Below are positions 9,451-20,408 of a stretch of 34,180 nucleotides of DNA, one piece after another. Below the pieces are notes generated by a model, which was not told where the DNA came from, searched no databases, and was given only the letters and a program-made list of their open reading frames with translations. The translations under genes were made by a program, and so were the position numbers. Source of the DNA: Holosporaceae bacterium (GTDB lineage: Bacteria; Pseudomonadota; Alphaproteobacteria; UBA3830); the NCBI GenBank assembly GCA_031258475.1, contig JAIRMS010000046.1, forward strand, positions 1 through 34,180. The letters run 5' to 3'. Each line of letters begins with the position of its first letter. Position 1 is the stretch's first letter.

Positions 9451-10590
9451 CTACATGGCCAAAATAATGCCATTCTCCGACTGCCAGTGCAAAAAAACCT
9501 CGTCTTCCCATTGAATCGGACGTTCTGCCGCGCGGACTAGATTGGCTACCGTGGCGAAAATCACCGTTCCGGATCGAAGTTTTACGTGGTAAATGGAGAC
9601 GTCGCCGAGATATACGATGTCTTTCACAACGCCGCTGGTCCAGTTGTATTCGTCCTTTGGTTGAATATCGGTCAACATAACTTTTTCCGGACGAATAGCC
9701 ACGCTGATTTGCGCTCCCACCGGAACGGAGGCCGAGTGACTAACATAGAGATTTTTCTCCATTGCGGTGGACTTGACGATCACGTGATCCGATCTCTCCT
9801 CGACGATAATTCCATCGAACAGATTTACCAATCCGATAAAATTGGCAACGTACTTGGAGTTTGGGTATTCGTAGATCTCCGTTGGACCTCCGACCTGTAG
9901 AATTCGTCCCTCATTCATCAATCCAATGCGAGAAGACATGGTCATGGCCTCCTCCTGATCGTGCGAAACCATTATGAAGGTAACTCCGACCTTTTCCTGA
10001 ATGTTTACCAGCTCCAATTGGGTGCGTTCGCGCAATTTTTTATCGAGAGCCGCAAGAGGCTCGTCCAATAAGACTAGTTTTGGATGCTTAACCAGACTCC
10101 TGGCAAGCGCGACTCTCTGCATTTCTCCTCCGGAAAGCTGATTTGGCCTTCGTTGTTCATAGCCGCTCATTTGAACTAATTCGAGATATGCGTTCACTCT
10201 GTCTCTGATTTCATTCCTGGGTATTCCTTCCTGAATCAATCCAAAAGCAACGTTTTGCTCGACCGTCATATGAGGAAACAAAGCATAGGACTGAAACACC
10301 ATGCTAACGGGACGTTTATAGGCTGGGGTGTCGGTCATATCCATTCCATCGATGAATATCTTTCCAGAGGTTGGAGTTTCAAATCCAGCCAACATCCTAA
10401 GCAAAGTTGTTTTTCCGCAGCCTGATCTTCCCAGCAGAGAAAATAACTCGCCTCTATATATGGAAAGAGACACGTCGTTCACGGCGATTCTCCCCCCAAA
10501 CGTTTTGGTGATATTTTTTATCGAAACGTACGGCTGAGCCTTGGGATCTTGCCAGGGCTCAAGATTACTTAGATACTTAGACTGAGACAT
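9451..10590 (-). CDS. potA: ABC transporter ATP-binding protein, PotA/PotG (polyamine-type) subfamily
   Basis: 379 aa with Walker A GRSGCGKTT, Q-loop VFQSYALFPHMTV, signature LSGGEMQRVALARSL, Walker B LVLLDEPL and H-loop VSHDQEEA, plus a C-terminal TOBE-like domain. No permease or binding-protein gene is adjacent. Confidence 0.85.
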   Translation of the reverse strand: MSQSKYLSNLEPWQDPKAQPYVSIKNITKTFGGRIAVNDVSLSIYRGELFSLLGRSGCGKTTLLRMLAGFETPTSGKIFIDGMDMTDTPAYKRPVSMVFQSYALFPHMTVEQNVAFGLIQEGIPRNEIRDRVNAYLELVQMSGYEQRRPNQLSGGEMQRVALARSLVKHPKLVLLDEPLAALDKKLRERTQLELVNIQEKVGVTFIMVSHDQEEAMTMSSRIGLMNEGRILQVGGPTEIYEYPNSKYVANFIGLVNLFDGIIVEERSDHVIVKSTAMEKNLYVSHSASVPVGAQISVAIRPEKVMLTDIQPKDEYNWTSGVVKDIVYLGDVSIYHVKLRSGTVIFATVANLVRAAERPIQWEDEVFLHWQSENGIILAM

Positions 10591-10676
10591 GCCAAAAAAC
10601 CCGCTGCTACACTTTCGAGAGAATTTATAGCACGGCGCAACTACTCTTAAAAGTAACGGAACACTAAAATCACTCT

Positions 10677-12752
10677 CTAGTCTCGAACCTCAAAGGAGAT
10701 ATTTTCGACACCCCCTATTTTAAAAAATATTTTTAGGAATCTGCATTTTTCGGCAAACTTTTTAATTCTTGAAATATAAACGCTCGTTACGATGAGAGAA
10801 CGGTTTTGCGTGCCACTTCTTTCTATAACATCTACGCCGTTTATGCCCTGCCCTCTTAATTCATAGTCTGCGAACAGAAACACCCTGTCTTTTTCTTCGA
10901 GAGAATTAATGAAATCAACCGTCTCCTGTCCCTGAGTGAAACATGCTGCTTTAATATTTCCACCGAGGCTTGCGAATCGATCTTTCCAAATTTCATGAAT
11001 CGACGCATCGTCGTCCAATACAACTACGGTGTCGCCTTTATATAAAACCACTCTATCGCTGAACCAACTCGGAGCATCACATTTGGGAAACGTGAGCGTA
11101 ATTTCGGTGCCGACGTTTTCAGTGGACTTGACAGACATCTTACCATTCGTCGCCTGCAAAGTGTCCGTAATTTGCTGCATGCCAATGCCATGTCCGGCCT
11201 TTTTGCCCGTAACTGAAATACCGGATGTAATTTTATTGATAATATTTTGCGGCATACCTTTGCCATTGTCTTTTATGCATATCTCAATAAGCTGGTCTTT
11301 TATGATAAAATCTACGTCGATGAACCCTTTCCGATCACCAATAGCCTCCACTGCATTATCCAATAGATTAGAAATCATACGACAAAAACTGGAATAATTA
11401 CCTTTAATGAAAGTAAAATCCTGTGGCGGATTGCATTTGTAATTAAACGTTATATCCTTGCTCATATTCAGGCTCTTTTTGTTATTGACCATTTCCTGCA
11501 AGCCTAACCGAACACAAATATAATCCTCTTCTTTTACGGAGAAGTCCTCATTTTTATGATACTTTTCGAGTAGACTATTAAGACTATAATCTATGTTTGC
11601 TATTACGTTTCTAAACGCAATATGATCCTTTTCCGGGAGAATGCTGCAATTACGATTTAACAACATGGACAACGTGAGCAACGGCGAGCGAATATCATGC
11701 GCTATTTGTCCAGCCAGCCTTTGCATCTCTTTCTGCTTTGCTAACTGCTGGAGCTGTTTCACAGCCGTCAGATCAACGGCAAGCCCTATAACCCCCTCCA
11801 CATTGTCATTAATTATCAGTGGAGCCTTTATGCTATAATAGGTCTTGCCATTATAATGCTCTTCCTTGGAGATCTGCTTTTTCGTCCGTATAACTTCCGA
11901 AGTTGTGCTCCAAGACTGCTGGCTTAATTTTTTCGCGTTGACATCGCCAATTATACTGTCTAGAGCGTAGTTTTTGTATATATGATTGCCGAATTTATCG
12001 ATCACGAAGAAGTTAACTTTTTCGACTTTTTCCTTCATGAATGTGACCACTTCCCTGTCGATCATGTTACTGTGCAGCTCGCAATGCTTGGAATTTCGCT
12101 GCGCCCATCTGGACGTTTTATATGCAAGATGAAAAACCGGGCTATTGTAGCGCTTCATGGCGTTTTCCATACAACGAGCAAGGCTCATGGGATATACCAA
12201 ATTTGCACCGCGAAGAAACGCACATACATACGCACACTCCTCCAACATAAAATCAACACAATCCTCCAATCCTCGATTGCCCTTATAGGCTGCCACGGCC
12301 GAATCGGCATACACAAGATCTCTAAATTCTCTTATGATTCCGTTACCATCTTGATCTCCGCCGTAGTCCGCTAATATTTTCTTATGCCAATATTTGAATT
12401 CGTCAGTTTTAATACCATCAGCCCAGGATTTTACGGTCGTATCGACAGTCAAGTTATCGATATAGTCTTTATTATTTAAAAACCACATTGTGGGAACGTC
12501 AGATTCAGAATATTGAGCAAATTCCGGAATACAATGCCTATACAGATATGAAGTATCCGTAATAATTATTTTCTTTATCTTATTCTTGATTGATGTGCCA
12601 TTTATTGTATTTACGAGATCCTCAAATCCCTCCCCAGTTTGCGAAGCGCAGGCATACGATATAACAATATCCAAAACCACGCTATTATCAGCCGCGGATT
12701 CAAAAAAACTTTTTGCCTCGGCGGCCCATTTTACGTTTCTTTCCACAGTCAC
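10677..12752 (-). CDS. Soluble hybrid sensor histidine kinase: unassigned N-terminal domain, then PAS-like, HisKA, HATPase and receiver domains
   Basis: 691 aa. The GTG start at 12752 sits 6 nt after GGGAGG (+ strand 12759-12764). H-box QIAHDIRSPL (H352), N-box NLLDNAVEA, G1 DNGKGM, G2 GHGIGM. Receiver: VVVLDDD, FADYEL (D629), LIVTS. No TM segment. Residues 1-235 have no standard sensor motif. Confidence 0.85.
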   Translation of the reverse strand: MTVERNVKWAAEAKSFFESAADNSVVLDIVISYACASQTGEGFEDLVNTINGTSIKNKIKKIIITDTSYLYRHCIPEFAQYSESDVPTMWFLNNKDYIDNLTVDTTVKSWADGIKTDEFKYWHKKILADYGGDQDGNGIIREFRDLVYADSAVAAYKGNRGLEDCVDFMLEECAYVCAFLRGANLVYPMSLARCMENAMKRYNSPVFHLAYKTSRWAQRNSKHCELHSNMIDREVVTFMKEKVEKVNFFVIDKFGNHIYKNYALDSIIGDVNAKKLSQQSWSTTSEVIRTKKQISKEEHYNGKTYYSIKAPLIINDNVEGVIGLAVDLTAVKQLQQLAKQKEMQRLAGQIAHDIRSPLLTLSMLLNRNCSILPEKDHIAFRNVIANIDYSLNSLLEKYHKNEDFSVKEEDYICVRLGLQEMVNNKKSLNMSKDITFNYKCNPPQDFTFIKGNYSSFCRMISNLLDNAVEAIGDRKGFIDVDFIIKDQLIEICIKDNGKGMPQNIINKITSGISVTGKKAGHGIGMQQITDTLQATNGKMSVKSTENVGTEITLTFPKCDAPSWFSDRVVLYKGDTVVVLDDDASIHEIWKDRFASLGGNIKAACFTQGQETVDFINSLEEKDRVFLFADYELRGQGINGVDVIERSGTQNRSLIVTSVYISRIKKFAEKCRFLKIFFKIGGVENISFEVRD

Positions 12753-13284
12753 CAGAATCCTCCCTACCCAAAAATTTCCAACGATGCAACTGCAGAGCGA
12801 CAGAAAGCTCCGGCATCATTGCGAACAGAACAATCCACAAAAGCAGTGCATAACTGAACCACACACCCCTGAGGTGATTTTATACACAAACGCTCCCACT
12901 TATACAACTTACAACTGTACACAGCTTACATGATACAATCTTTAACTTGGCATGCGCAAGAATAATTTTTTTTTGTGAGATATCACAACTTGCGAGAAGC
13001 ATTTTATTCTAGGCGACGAGAGGAAAAAATACTCTCTCCAAATAAGGGAAACAGCGATTACATTGTAGCCTGAGGATTGTTGGTAGCGAAGATATTGAGG
13101 AAGATTTACGCTATAAGAATTCACGGACAGCGAGTAATTTGCGTCTTGGTTTGAAACTTGAAGGTGCAGTTTCTGGATATTTGGTCACGTATAGATTGAA
13201 AAATGGATCGGAAGGATTTAGCATCACTCGGGGACTGAAGGTGAATTTTATGTTTATAAAAAAATTAGTGTGGCAGGTAAAATC

Positions 13285-13830
13285 ATGACGTGGATGGGAA
13301 CGACCATTCTTTCGGTAAGAAAAGGCAATCAGGTGGTGGTCGCGGGAGATGGCCAGGTCACGATGGGCAACGCCGTCGTGAAAGCCAATGCGCGCAAGGT
13401 CAGATTTCTTTCGTCCGGAAATGTTCTTGTTGGATTTGCAGGTGCGACCGCCGACGCGTTTTCCCTATTCGAGAGATTGGAATCGAAACTGGATCAATAT
13501 CCCGGACAGCTGCAGAGGGCGTGCGTGGAGTTGGCAAAGGATTGGAGAACAGATAAATTTCTGAGAAAGTTAGAAGCCATGATGGCCGTCGTAGATAAGG
13601 GCGTTTCGCTAATTCTCACAGGAACCGGCGACGTTCTGGAGCCTCAAGATGGAATTATCGGCATAGGATCCGGGGGAAATTTCGCGTTGGCCGCCGCCAG
13701 AGCGCTTATGGATCAAGATCTGTCCGCGGAAGAAATTGCAAAAAAATCGATGAAAATTGCCGGGGACCTGTGTATATACACGAATCATTCGCTTGTTTTG
13801 GAAAAAATTGATATCAAGGAGCAATTATGA
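13285..13830 (+). CDS. hslV: ATP-dependent protease subunit HslV
   Basis: [26 protein letters not shown]...GSGG. This is a short propeptide before the catalytic Thr, as in alphaproteobacterial HslV. An alternative in-frame GTG lies at 13270 (ORF-track start). The ATG at 13285 has the better AGG spacer. Confidence 0.93.
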   Translation: MTWMGTTILSVRKGNQVVVAGDGQVTMGNAVVKANARKVRFLSSGNVLVGFAGATADAFSLFERLESKLDQYPGQLQRACVELAKDWRTDKFLRKLEAMMAVVDKGVSLILTGTGDVLEPQDGIIGIGSGGNFALAAARALMDQDLSAEEIAKKSMKIAGDLCIYTNHSLVLEKIDIKEQL

Positions 13831-15128
13831 CGTCGTTAACGCCTGGTCAGATAGTGTCGGAGCTGGATAGGTTCATCGTGGGCCACATGGAGGCGAAAAA
13901 AGCCGTCGCAATTGCGCTGCGTAATCGCTGGAGAAGGCAACAGGTGCCTAGCCCGCTGAAGGAGGAGATTCTTCCCAAAAATATTCTCATGATGGGTCCT
14001 ACCGGAGTCGGAAAAACTGAAATCGCAAGAAGACTGGCGAAACTTGCCGACGCTCCTTTTATAAAAGTGGAGGCGACAAAATTCACCGAAGTGGGATACG
14101 TGGGCCGCGATGTCGAGCAAATTATTCGCGATTTGATGGAAATGGCGGTTTCGGAAACCAGGGAAAGACATCGCAATCTTTTCAGAGAAGAGGCCAAACG
14201 AAACGCCGAAGAAAAAATTATTAACGCCCTGGTCGGAGAAAATGCCGGCCAGGAAACCCGCGATAAATTTCAAAAAATGCTGGACGCCAAACAGCTGGAA
14301 GATAGAGAAGTAGAAATAAACGTGGCAGATTCTCCGGTTCAATCCTTTGAAATTCCCGGTGCTCCTGGCGCCCAAATCGGCATGCTCAATCTATCGGACA
14401 TGGTTAATAACGCTCTGGGAATCAATAGAAGCAAGATGCGCAAAGTTACCGTCAAAGAGGCGCGCGAACTAATCTCCGCCGAAGAAAGCGAGAAGCTTAT
14501 AGATCGCGACAAAGCTGTCCGTGAAGCCATATTTTCCGTGGAACAAAACGGTATCGTTTTTATCGACGAGATAGATAAAATTTGCGCTAGAAACGCCTCC
14601 GGAGCAGACGTAAGCCGGGAAGGAGTCCAGAGAGATCTTTTGCCGTTGATAGAGGGCTGTTCCGTTTCGACAAAATATGGAGCGATAAAAACGGACTATA
14701 TTCTTTTTATAGCTTCCGGAGCTTTTTATGCGTCGAAGCCGTCGGATCTATTGCCGGAGCTCCAGGGACGTCTGCCCATTCGCGTGGAACTGGCCAATCT
14801 AACGGAGGAAGATTTTTTCAAAATTCTGAACGAAACAGACAGCAGTCTAATCAAGCAGTACTGCGCTCTTCTAAAAATCGAAGGAGTCGCCATTGATTTT
14901 AGGGATGACGGAGTGAAAAAAATTGCTGAACTGGCGGCAATTGTAAATAAAAATGTGGAAAACATAGGCGCCCGCCGACTCCATACCATAATCGAAAAAC
15001 TTTTGGAAGAAATCAGCTTTTTGGCGGATCAAAAGTCCGGAGAAACCGTGCTGATCGATTCAAAATACGTGGAGGAAAAAGTTGGTCATCTCGCAACCCA
15101 CCGAGATCTTTCAAGATTCATTTTATGA
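13827..15128 (+). CDS. hslU: ATP-dependent protease ATPase subunit HslU
   Basis: 433 aa with [17 protein letters not shown], Walker [16 protein letters not shown], Walker B VFIDEIDK and [12 protein letters not shown]. The start overlaps the hslV stop (ATGA). Confidence 0.95.
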   Translation: MTSLTPGQIVSELDRFIVGHMEAKKAVAIALRNRWRRQQVPSPLKEEILPKNILMMGPTGVGKTEIARRLAKLADAPFIKVEATKFTEVGYVGRDVEQIIRDLMEMAVSETRERHRNLFREEAKRNAEEKIINALVGENAGQETRDKFQKMLDAKQLEDREVEINVADSPVQSFEIPGAPGAQIGMLNLSDMVNNALGINRSKMRKVTVKEARELISAEESEKLIDRDKAVREAIFSVEQNGIVFIDEIDKICARNASGADVSREGVQRDLLPLIEGCSVSTKYGAIKTDYILFIASGAFYASKPSDLLPELQGRLPIRVELANLTEEDFFKILNETDSSLIKQYCALLKIEGVAIDFRDDGVKKIAELAAIVNKNVENIGARRLHTIIEKLLEEISFLADQKSGETVLIDSKYVEEKVGHLATHRDLSRFIL

Positions 15129-15330
15129 TCCGTCACTGGAGAGCGAACAATTTTGAGTAAACACAAAATCACTCAATAACGATGATTTCCTTGACATTCG
15201 CATTCCTCTATAACAATTGCACACTTATTATATCTTTATCGACAAATATCTTCAAGAACTTATCGCTATTTAATTGTGAGGAATGGTATAACAGCTTCGC
15301 AATTGCCTCGATTATCGAATGGTAATGGCG

Positions 15331-17037
15331 TTAAAAGCACGGAGAAACATCTTCCAATTGGAAATTTACGTATTCTTGATTGTTCCAAGACGAAATTGCC
15401 AGGGTTCCAAGCACGTTTATGAAACTCGTTTCATTAAACAGAATATCGCCCAGCGGCGTGTTTAAACTTCGGAATGAAATTCCCCGCAGAAATTTCTCTT
15501 CATCATTGGATATGGTAAAGGCGATATGATTTTCCCCAACTACTTTTGCAGAAACTATTTTTATGTTGGAAATAATGAATTTTGGGTACCGATTGCCCAT
15601 GCCGAAGGGCTCCAAAACCGATATCGATTTGACGAAATCGGCGGATACCAGACTTAAAGGAACTGCGCAATCGGCATACAACTCCGGAGGACCAGGTTTG
15701 TATTTTATTGCAGAAGGTAAAAAGTCCAGAAGATCGTTTATCCTCGACACGTCAATTGAAAATCCCCCGGCCATCGAATGACCGCCACCGGAAGTAATGA
15801 TCCCCTGATCGACGCACATTTTTATCACGGCGGAAATATCGATACCATCCACCGATCTGCAGGACGCCTTTCCTTTTTTTTGAGAATCGCAGGAAATTAC
15901 AATCGACGGTCTGTTATATTTTTCTCTGAGACGACCGGCGATAATTCCGGTAATGCCGACATGCCAATCGGGATTATAAACGCAGATGAAATTTTGATCC
16001 TCCAGCACGGAAGAAATTGCTTCCGTCATCATTTCCTGCTCCATCGCCTGGCGCTTTTTGTTGAGTTCGTCCAGCTGCAGGGCAGCTTTTCTCGCTTTTA
16101 TGGGATTTTGAGTGGTCAAAAGCTGAACGCTTAGATCGGCGGAAGCCATTCTTCCGGCGGCGTTTAATTTCGGCCCCAGGACAAACGATATCACCTCGGC
16201 GTTGACGTCAACGTTGCCTTTGGCGAGCGACAGCAGCGCGTCTATTCCAAAATTTTTACGTTGCCGAATGATTTTGATTCCGGCCGCCACGAAAGCTCGG
16301 TTTAACTCGATTAATTCGACCACGTCGCACACGGTGGCCAACGCGACTAAATCCAGATAGTCGGCAATATCCGGCTCTTCTTTCTCTGAGTAAAATCCAT
16401 CTTTTTTAAGCTGATCGTTGATTCCCATGACGCAGAGAAAAACCAATCCCGCGGCGCATAGGTACCTATATCCGCATTTTTCGTCTGGTCTGTGGGGATT
16501 CACTATTATCGCGTCATCAGGAATGGATGACATCCTGTGATGATCAAGAACCACCACCTCGATATTGTTGTCTTTTGCGTATTTCAATTCTTCCGAGGAA
16601 CTTGATCCGCAGTCCACGGCGATTATCAAACATTCCCTGTGCTTTTCTATGTTTGGGATATTCAGTCCATAGCCGTCGTCCATTCTGCTGGGAATGTAAT
16701 AGGCATAGTCGGCTCCGATGTGTTCGAGAAATTTAATAAAAATCGATACGGAGGCTACGCCGTCCACGTCGTAATCGCCCAAAATCGCTATCTTTTGCCC
16801 ATTTTTTATGGATTTAACTATGCGGTTCACGGCTCTCGTCATATCAATAAAGATAAGAGGATCCGGCATGGAGTTCTTTATCGAAACGTTCTTAAATGAC
16901 TCCAGATCAGTGATTCCCCTGTTACTGGCGAGGATTTCTACGATATCTTTCGATTCTGAAATTATCCCACCTTGGATATTCCATACTTTATTCGTCAGAG
17001 AAGTTATTTTGTGACTCAAGATAAACTCATATTTCAA
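15331..17037 (-). CDS. recJ: Single-stranded-DNA-specific exonuclease RecJ
   Basis: 568 aa with DHH motifs (ILGDYDVDGV, AVDCG, VVLDHH) and DHHA1 GGGHSMAGG. Confidence 0.9.
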   Translation of the reverse strand: MKYEFILSHKITSLTNKVWNIQGGIISESKDIVEILASNRGITDLESFKNVSIKNSMPDPLIFIDMTRAVNRIVKSIKNGQKIAILGDYDVDGVASVSIFIKFLEHIGADYAYYIPSRMDDGYGLNIPNIEKHRECLIIAVDCGSSSSEELKYAKDNNIEVVVLDHHRMSSIPDDAIIVNPHRPDEKCGYRYLCAAGLVFLCVMGINDQLKKDGFYSEKEEPDIADYLDLVALATVCDVVELIELNRAFVAAGIKIIRQRKNFGIDALLSLAKGNVDVNAEVISFVLGPKLNAAGRMASADLSVQLLTTQNPIKARKAALQLDELNKKRQAMEQEMMTEAISSVLEDQNFICVYNPDWHVGITGIIAGRLREKYNRPSIVISCDSQKKGKASCRSVDGIDISAVIKMCVDQGIITSGGGHSMAGGFSIDVSRINDLLDFLPSAIKYKPGPPELYADCAVPLSLVSADFVKSISVLEPFGMGNRYPKFIISNIKIVSAKVVGENHIAFTISNDEEKFLRGISFRSLNTPLGDILFNETSFINVLGTLAISSWNNQEYVNFQLEDVSPCF

Positions 17038-17995
17038 TGGCCAAGTTTTTTAAAAAATCAATTATTGGCGCTTCCCATACTATTTTTACCGGTACAATGG
17101 AAATTATACAACGATATTTTTCGGAAATACGCATAAAATCCTTTTCTGTGGTGACGAGCTGAGCTTTCCAGCGTTCTGCTTTGAAAATTAATTTTTCAAT
17201 ATCCGCATCTGAAAATGGATAATGATCGGGAAAGGCAATTTTTTCAACGATCGCAAAATCTGCCAGAGAATTAAAAAATTTGTTTGGATATCCAATGCCG
17301 CAGAAAGCAACGACTCTCCCTTTTATTTGGGAAAAGTCCGGCTGAAGTTTTCCGTAGAGCAACGGTATTCCTTCGTTTTCTAGACATTTTATTTGAGGAT
17401 GTTTGTTCAGAACGATTATTCCGTCGATATCCGACTTTATTTCTTTAAAATTCAAATAATTCGGGCCGAGAGGGAACATCTCACCGTTTCCAAAACGTTG
17501 TTCACCGTCTATCACAACCAATTTTATATTTGGTTTTAGAAATTTTTGGGTAATGCCATTGTCCAGAACCAGGAAATCGAAATCTTCGGTTTCCGCAAGT
17601 TTCGCGCTTTTCGATCTATCTTTTCCAACATAAACGGGCGCAACATTGGAGAGTAGCAGCGGCTCATCGCCAACGTCTTTGCAGGAATGGATTCCACTAT
17701 CTACGAGCAATGTTTTTTTGGACAATCTTCCGAATCCTCGACTTAGAACCGCCACTTTTTTGTTTTTCGACTTCAGCGCTTCGCAGATTGAATGCACAAC
17801 GATGGTTTTTCCAGATCCGCCCATGGTTATTCCACCGATCGCAATAACCTTTGCTTTTCGGGCCTCATAAGCGTAGCTTTTCCAATAATTTCTGGTTGCG
17901 ACGCGAGAATAAATATACGAAATCGGTCTGAGGACTATTTTTTGAAAAACGCTGGGTTTTCTGTACCAGAATTCCGGAGTTTTAAAAAAAATCAT
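17027..17995 (-). CDS. lpxK: Tetraacyldisaccharide 4'-kinase LpxK
   Basis: 322 aa with the P-loop IGGITMGGSGKT, then VLSRGFGR and GDEPLLL. It overlaps recJ by 11 nt. Confidence 0.85.
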   Translation of the reverse strand: MIFFKTPEFWYRKPSVFQKIVLRPISYIYSRVATRNYWKSYAYEARKAKVIAIGGITMGGSGKTIVVHSICEALKSKNKKVAVLSRGFGRLSKKTLLVDSGIHSCKDVGDEPLLLSNVAPVYVGKDRSKSAKLAETEDFDFLVLDNGITQKFLKPNIKLVVIDGEQRFGNGEMFPLGPNYLNFKEIKSDIDGIIVLNKHPQIKCLENEGIPLLYGKLQPDFSQIKGRVVAFCGIGYPNKFFNSLADFAIVEKIAFPDHYPFSDADIEKLIFKAERWKAQLVTTEKDFMRISEKYRCIISIVPVKIVWEAPIIDFLKNLAIEI

Positions 17996-19302
17996 CGTTT
18001 AATAGGATGCTCAAGTCTGGCAGGAAGCAATACTCGGAAAAAACACAGCGCCACAAAAGAAAAAAACATGCTGTAGGTGAAAGCGTAGCTACTGCCGAAG
18101 GCGTCCCAAATTTTTCCACCGATAAATGACGCCGACATGTATGCTATCCCCAGCATGAAAAAGTAAATGCCCATGGCGGTTGCCCTGAGATGAAAGTCCA
18201 CCCTTTCACTAATTAGCGATAGAAACAATCCCTGTACCGCCGTCGTCTGCGCTCCCCATAAAAATGCTCCGGCGCAAACGTTTATTATGGGATAAACAGT
18301 AACAAATTTTGCGGAAATAAAGAAAAGATTCGCCAATATCATAAGCATCATACACACGGAAATCAGTTTTCTCTTCCCGTATTTATCTGCCAGAATTCCG
18401 ATGGGGAAGCACATAAGTACCTGCCCACAGCTAACAAGAGAACTGGTAATTCCAGATATGGACGTTGCTATAAACTCACTGGCATATAAAGGAAATGTAT
18501 GCTCGCTGAAATGCCCCATTTCAGAAATTAATGCCAAAAGAATTATCTTCCAGAAAGTGGCATCGAAGGATTTCAGATATTTCTTCTTAAAAGGATTTTC
18601 CCTCTTTTCATTTTTCTGAGTATTCCCTTTTATCTCCTGGGAATTTTTCACCCTGAAAAGGCAGAATATTGCTATAATTACCGGGATCACCGAACACGCA
18701 AACACTATTCTGTAATTGTTAGCTGTGAGCAACATAATCTGTACAGCGACTAAAGTACCAAGGAGACTTCCAATTGTTTTCATGGATCTGCTGAAACCAA
18801 AAGATCTGGCACGGTAATCGCTAGGACTTAAATCTGCAATCAATGCATCACGCGGTGTAGCCTGAATTCCATTGCCGATGCGCTCTGACGATTGTACAAA
18901 AAACACCGCCCACCAGGAACTAACCATTGCAATAAATGATCTTGCAAAAAGGGTTATGAAACATCCCACATATAAAATTAGCTTTCGTTCTCTCAGAAAA
19001 TCGCTGATTGGTCCGGAAAAAATGCGCACAACAAAGGAGATGCACTCCACAACGCCATCAAGAAGCGTGATATCGGCCATGGATGCTCCCAGCTCATATT
19101 TTAGGAACAAACTCAGCTGACTGTAAATCATCGTCGTAGATATGCCGAGAAAAAGACCAAAAAAAGAAACCGCAAAAACTCCATCCGGAAGATTTTTAAG
19201 CGCAAAAAAAAAGCCATCTTTACAATGGCTGCAGTTGGAACTCTTTGTTTGTCTTTTTATATCGTCGACGGCTTCGTCGCGGGGTGATTTTTTCATTGCC
19301 AC
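17992..19302 (-). CDS. MFS transporter, substrate unknown
   Basis: 436 aa with about 12 TM helices in two halves split by a basic loop (KNSQEIKGNTQKNEKRENPFKKKY), plus an MFS-like D-x-x-x-R-K motif (SDFLRERKLI). There is a 4-nt overlap with lpxK. Confidence 0.7.
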   Translation of the reverse strand: MAMKKSPRDEAVDDIKRQTKSSNCSHCKDGFFFALKNLPDGVFAVSFFGLFLGISTTMIYSQLSLFLKYELGASMADITLLDGVVECISFVVRIFSGPISDFLRERKLILYVGCFITLFARSFIAMVSSWWAVFFVQSSERIGNGIQATPRDALIADLSPSDYRARSFGFSRSMKTIGSLLGTLVAVQIMLLTANNYRIVFACSVIPVIIAIFCLFRVKNSQEIKGNTQKNEKRENPFKKKYLKSFDATFWKIILLALISEMGHFSEHTFPLYASEFIATSISGITSSLVSCGQVLMCFPIGILADKYGKRKLISVCMMLMILANLFFISAKFVTVYPIINVCAGAFLWGAQTTAVQGLFLSLISERVDFHLRATAMGIYFFMLGIAYMSASFIGGKIWDAFGSSYAFTYSMFFSFVALCFFRVLLPARLEHPIKR

Positions 19303-19391
19303 TTCCTATCTTGTTTGGGCTTATACAGGAAATGGATGGAAAAGTCTAGCGAAAAGTAATCGATAAAAGAGCAAAATTACACATGGAATGA

Positions 19392-20408
<1,017 letters not shown>

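Noticed and set aside
12942-13124. The 60-aa minus-strand ORF and the 115-aa plus-strand ORF (12586..12933) in or near the long spacer
   Set aside because: Neither has an RBS or a recognisable motif. The 115-aa ORF mostly overlaps the kinase 5' end antisense. Composition looks non-coding. The region is kept as a finding, not as genes.
13157-13185. A sigma32 heat-shock promoter upstream of hslVU
   Set aside because: CTTGAA is present, but the best -10-like segment (GATATTT / CTGGATAT) matches the consensus poorly or at the wrong spacing. It is not supportable as a feature and is mentioned only as a weak possibility.
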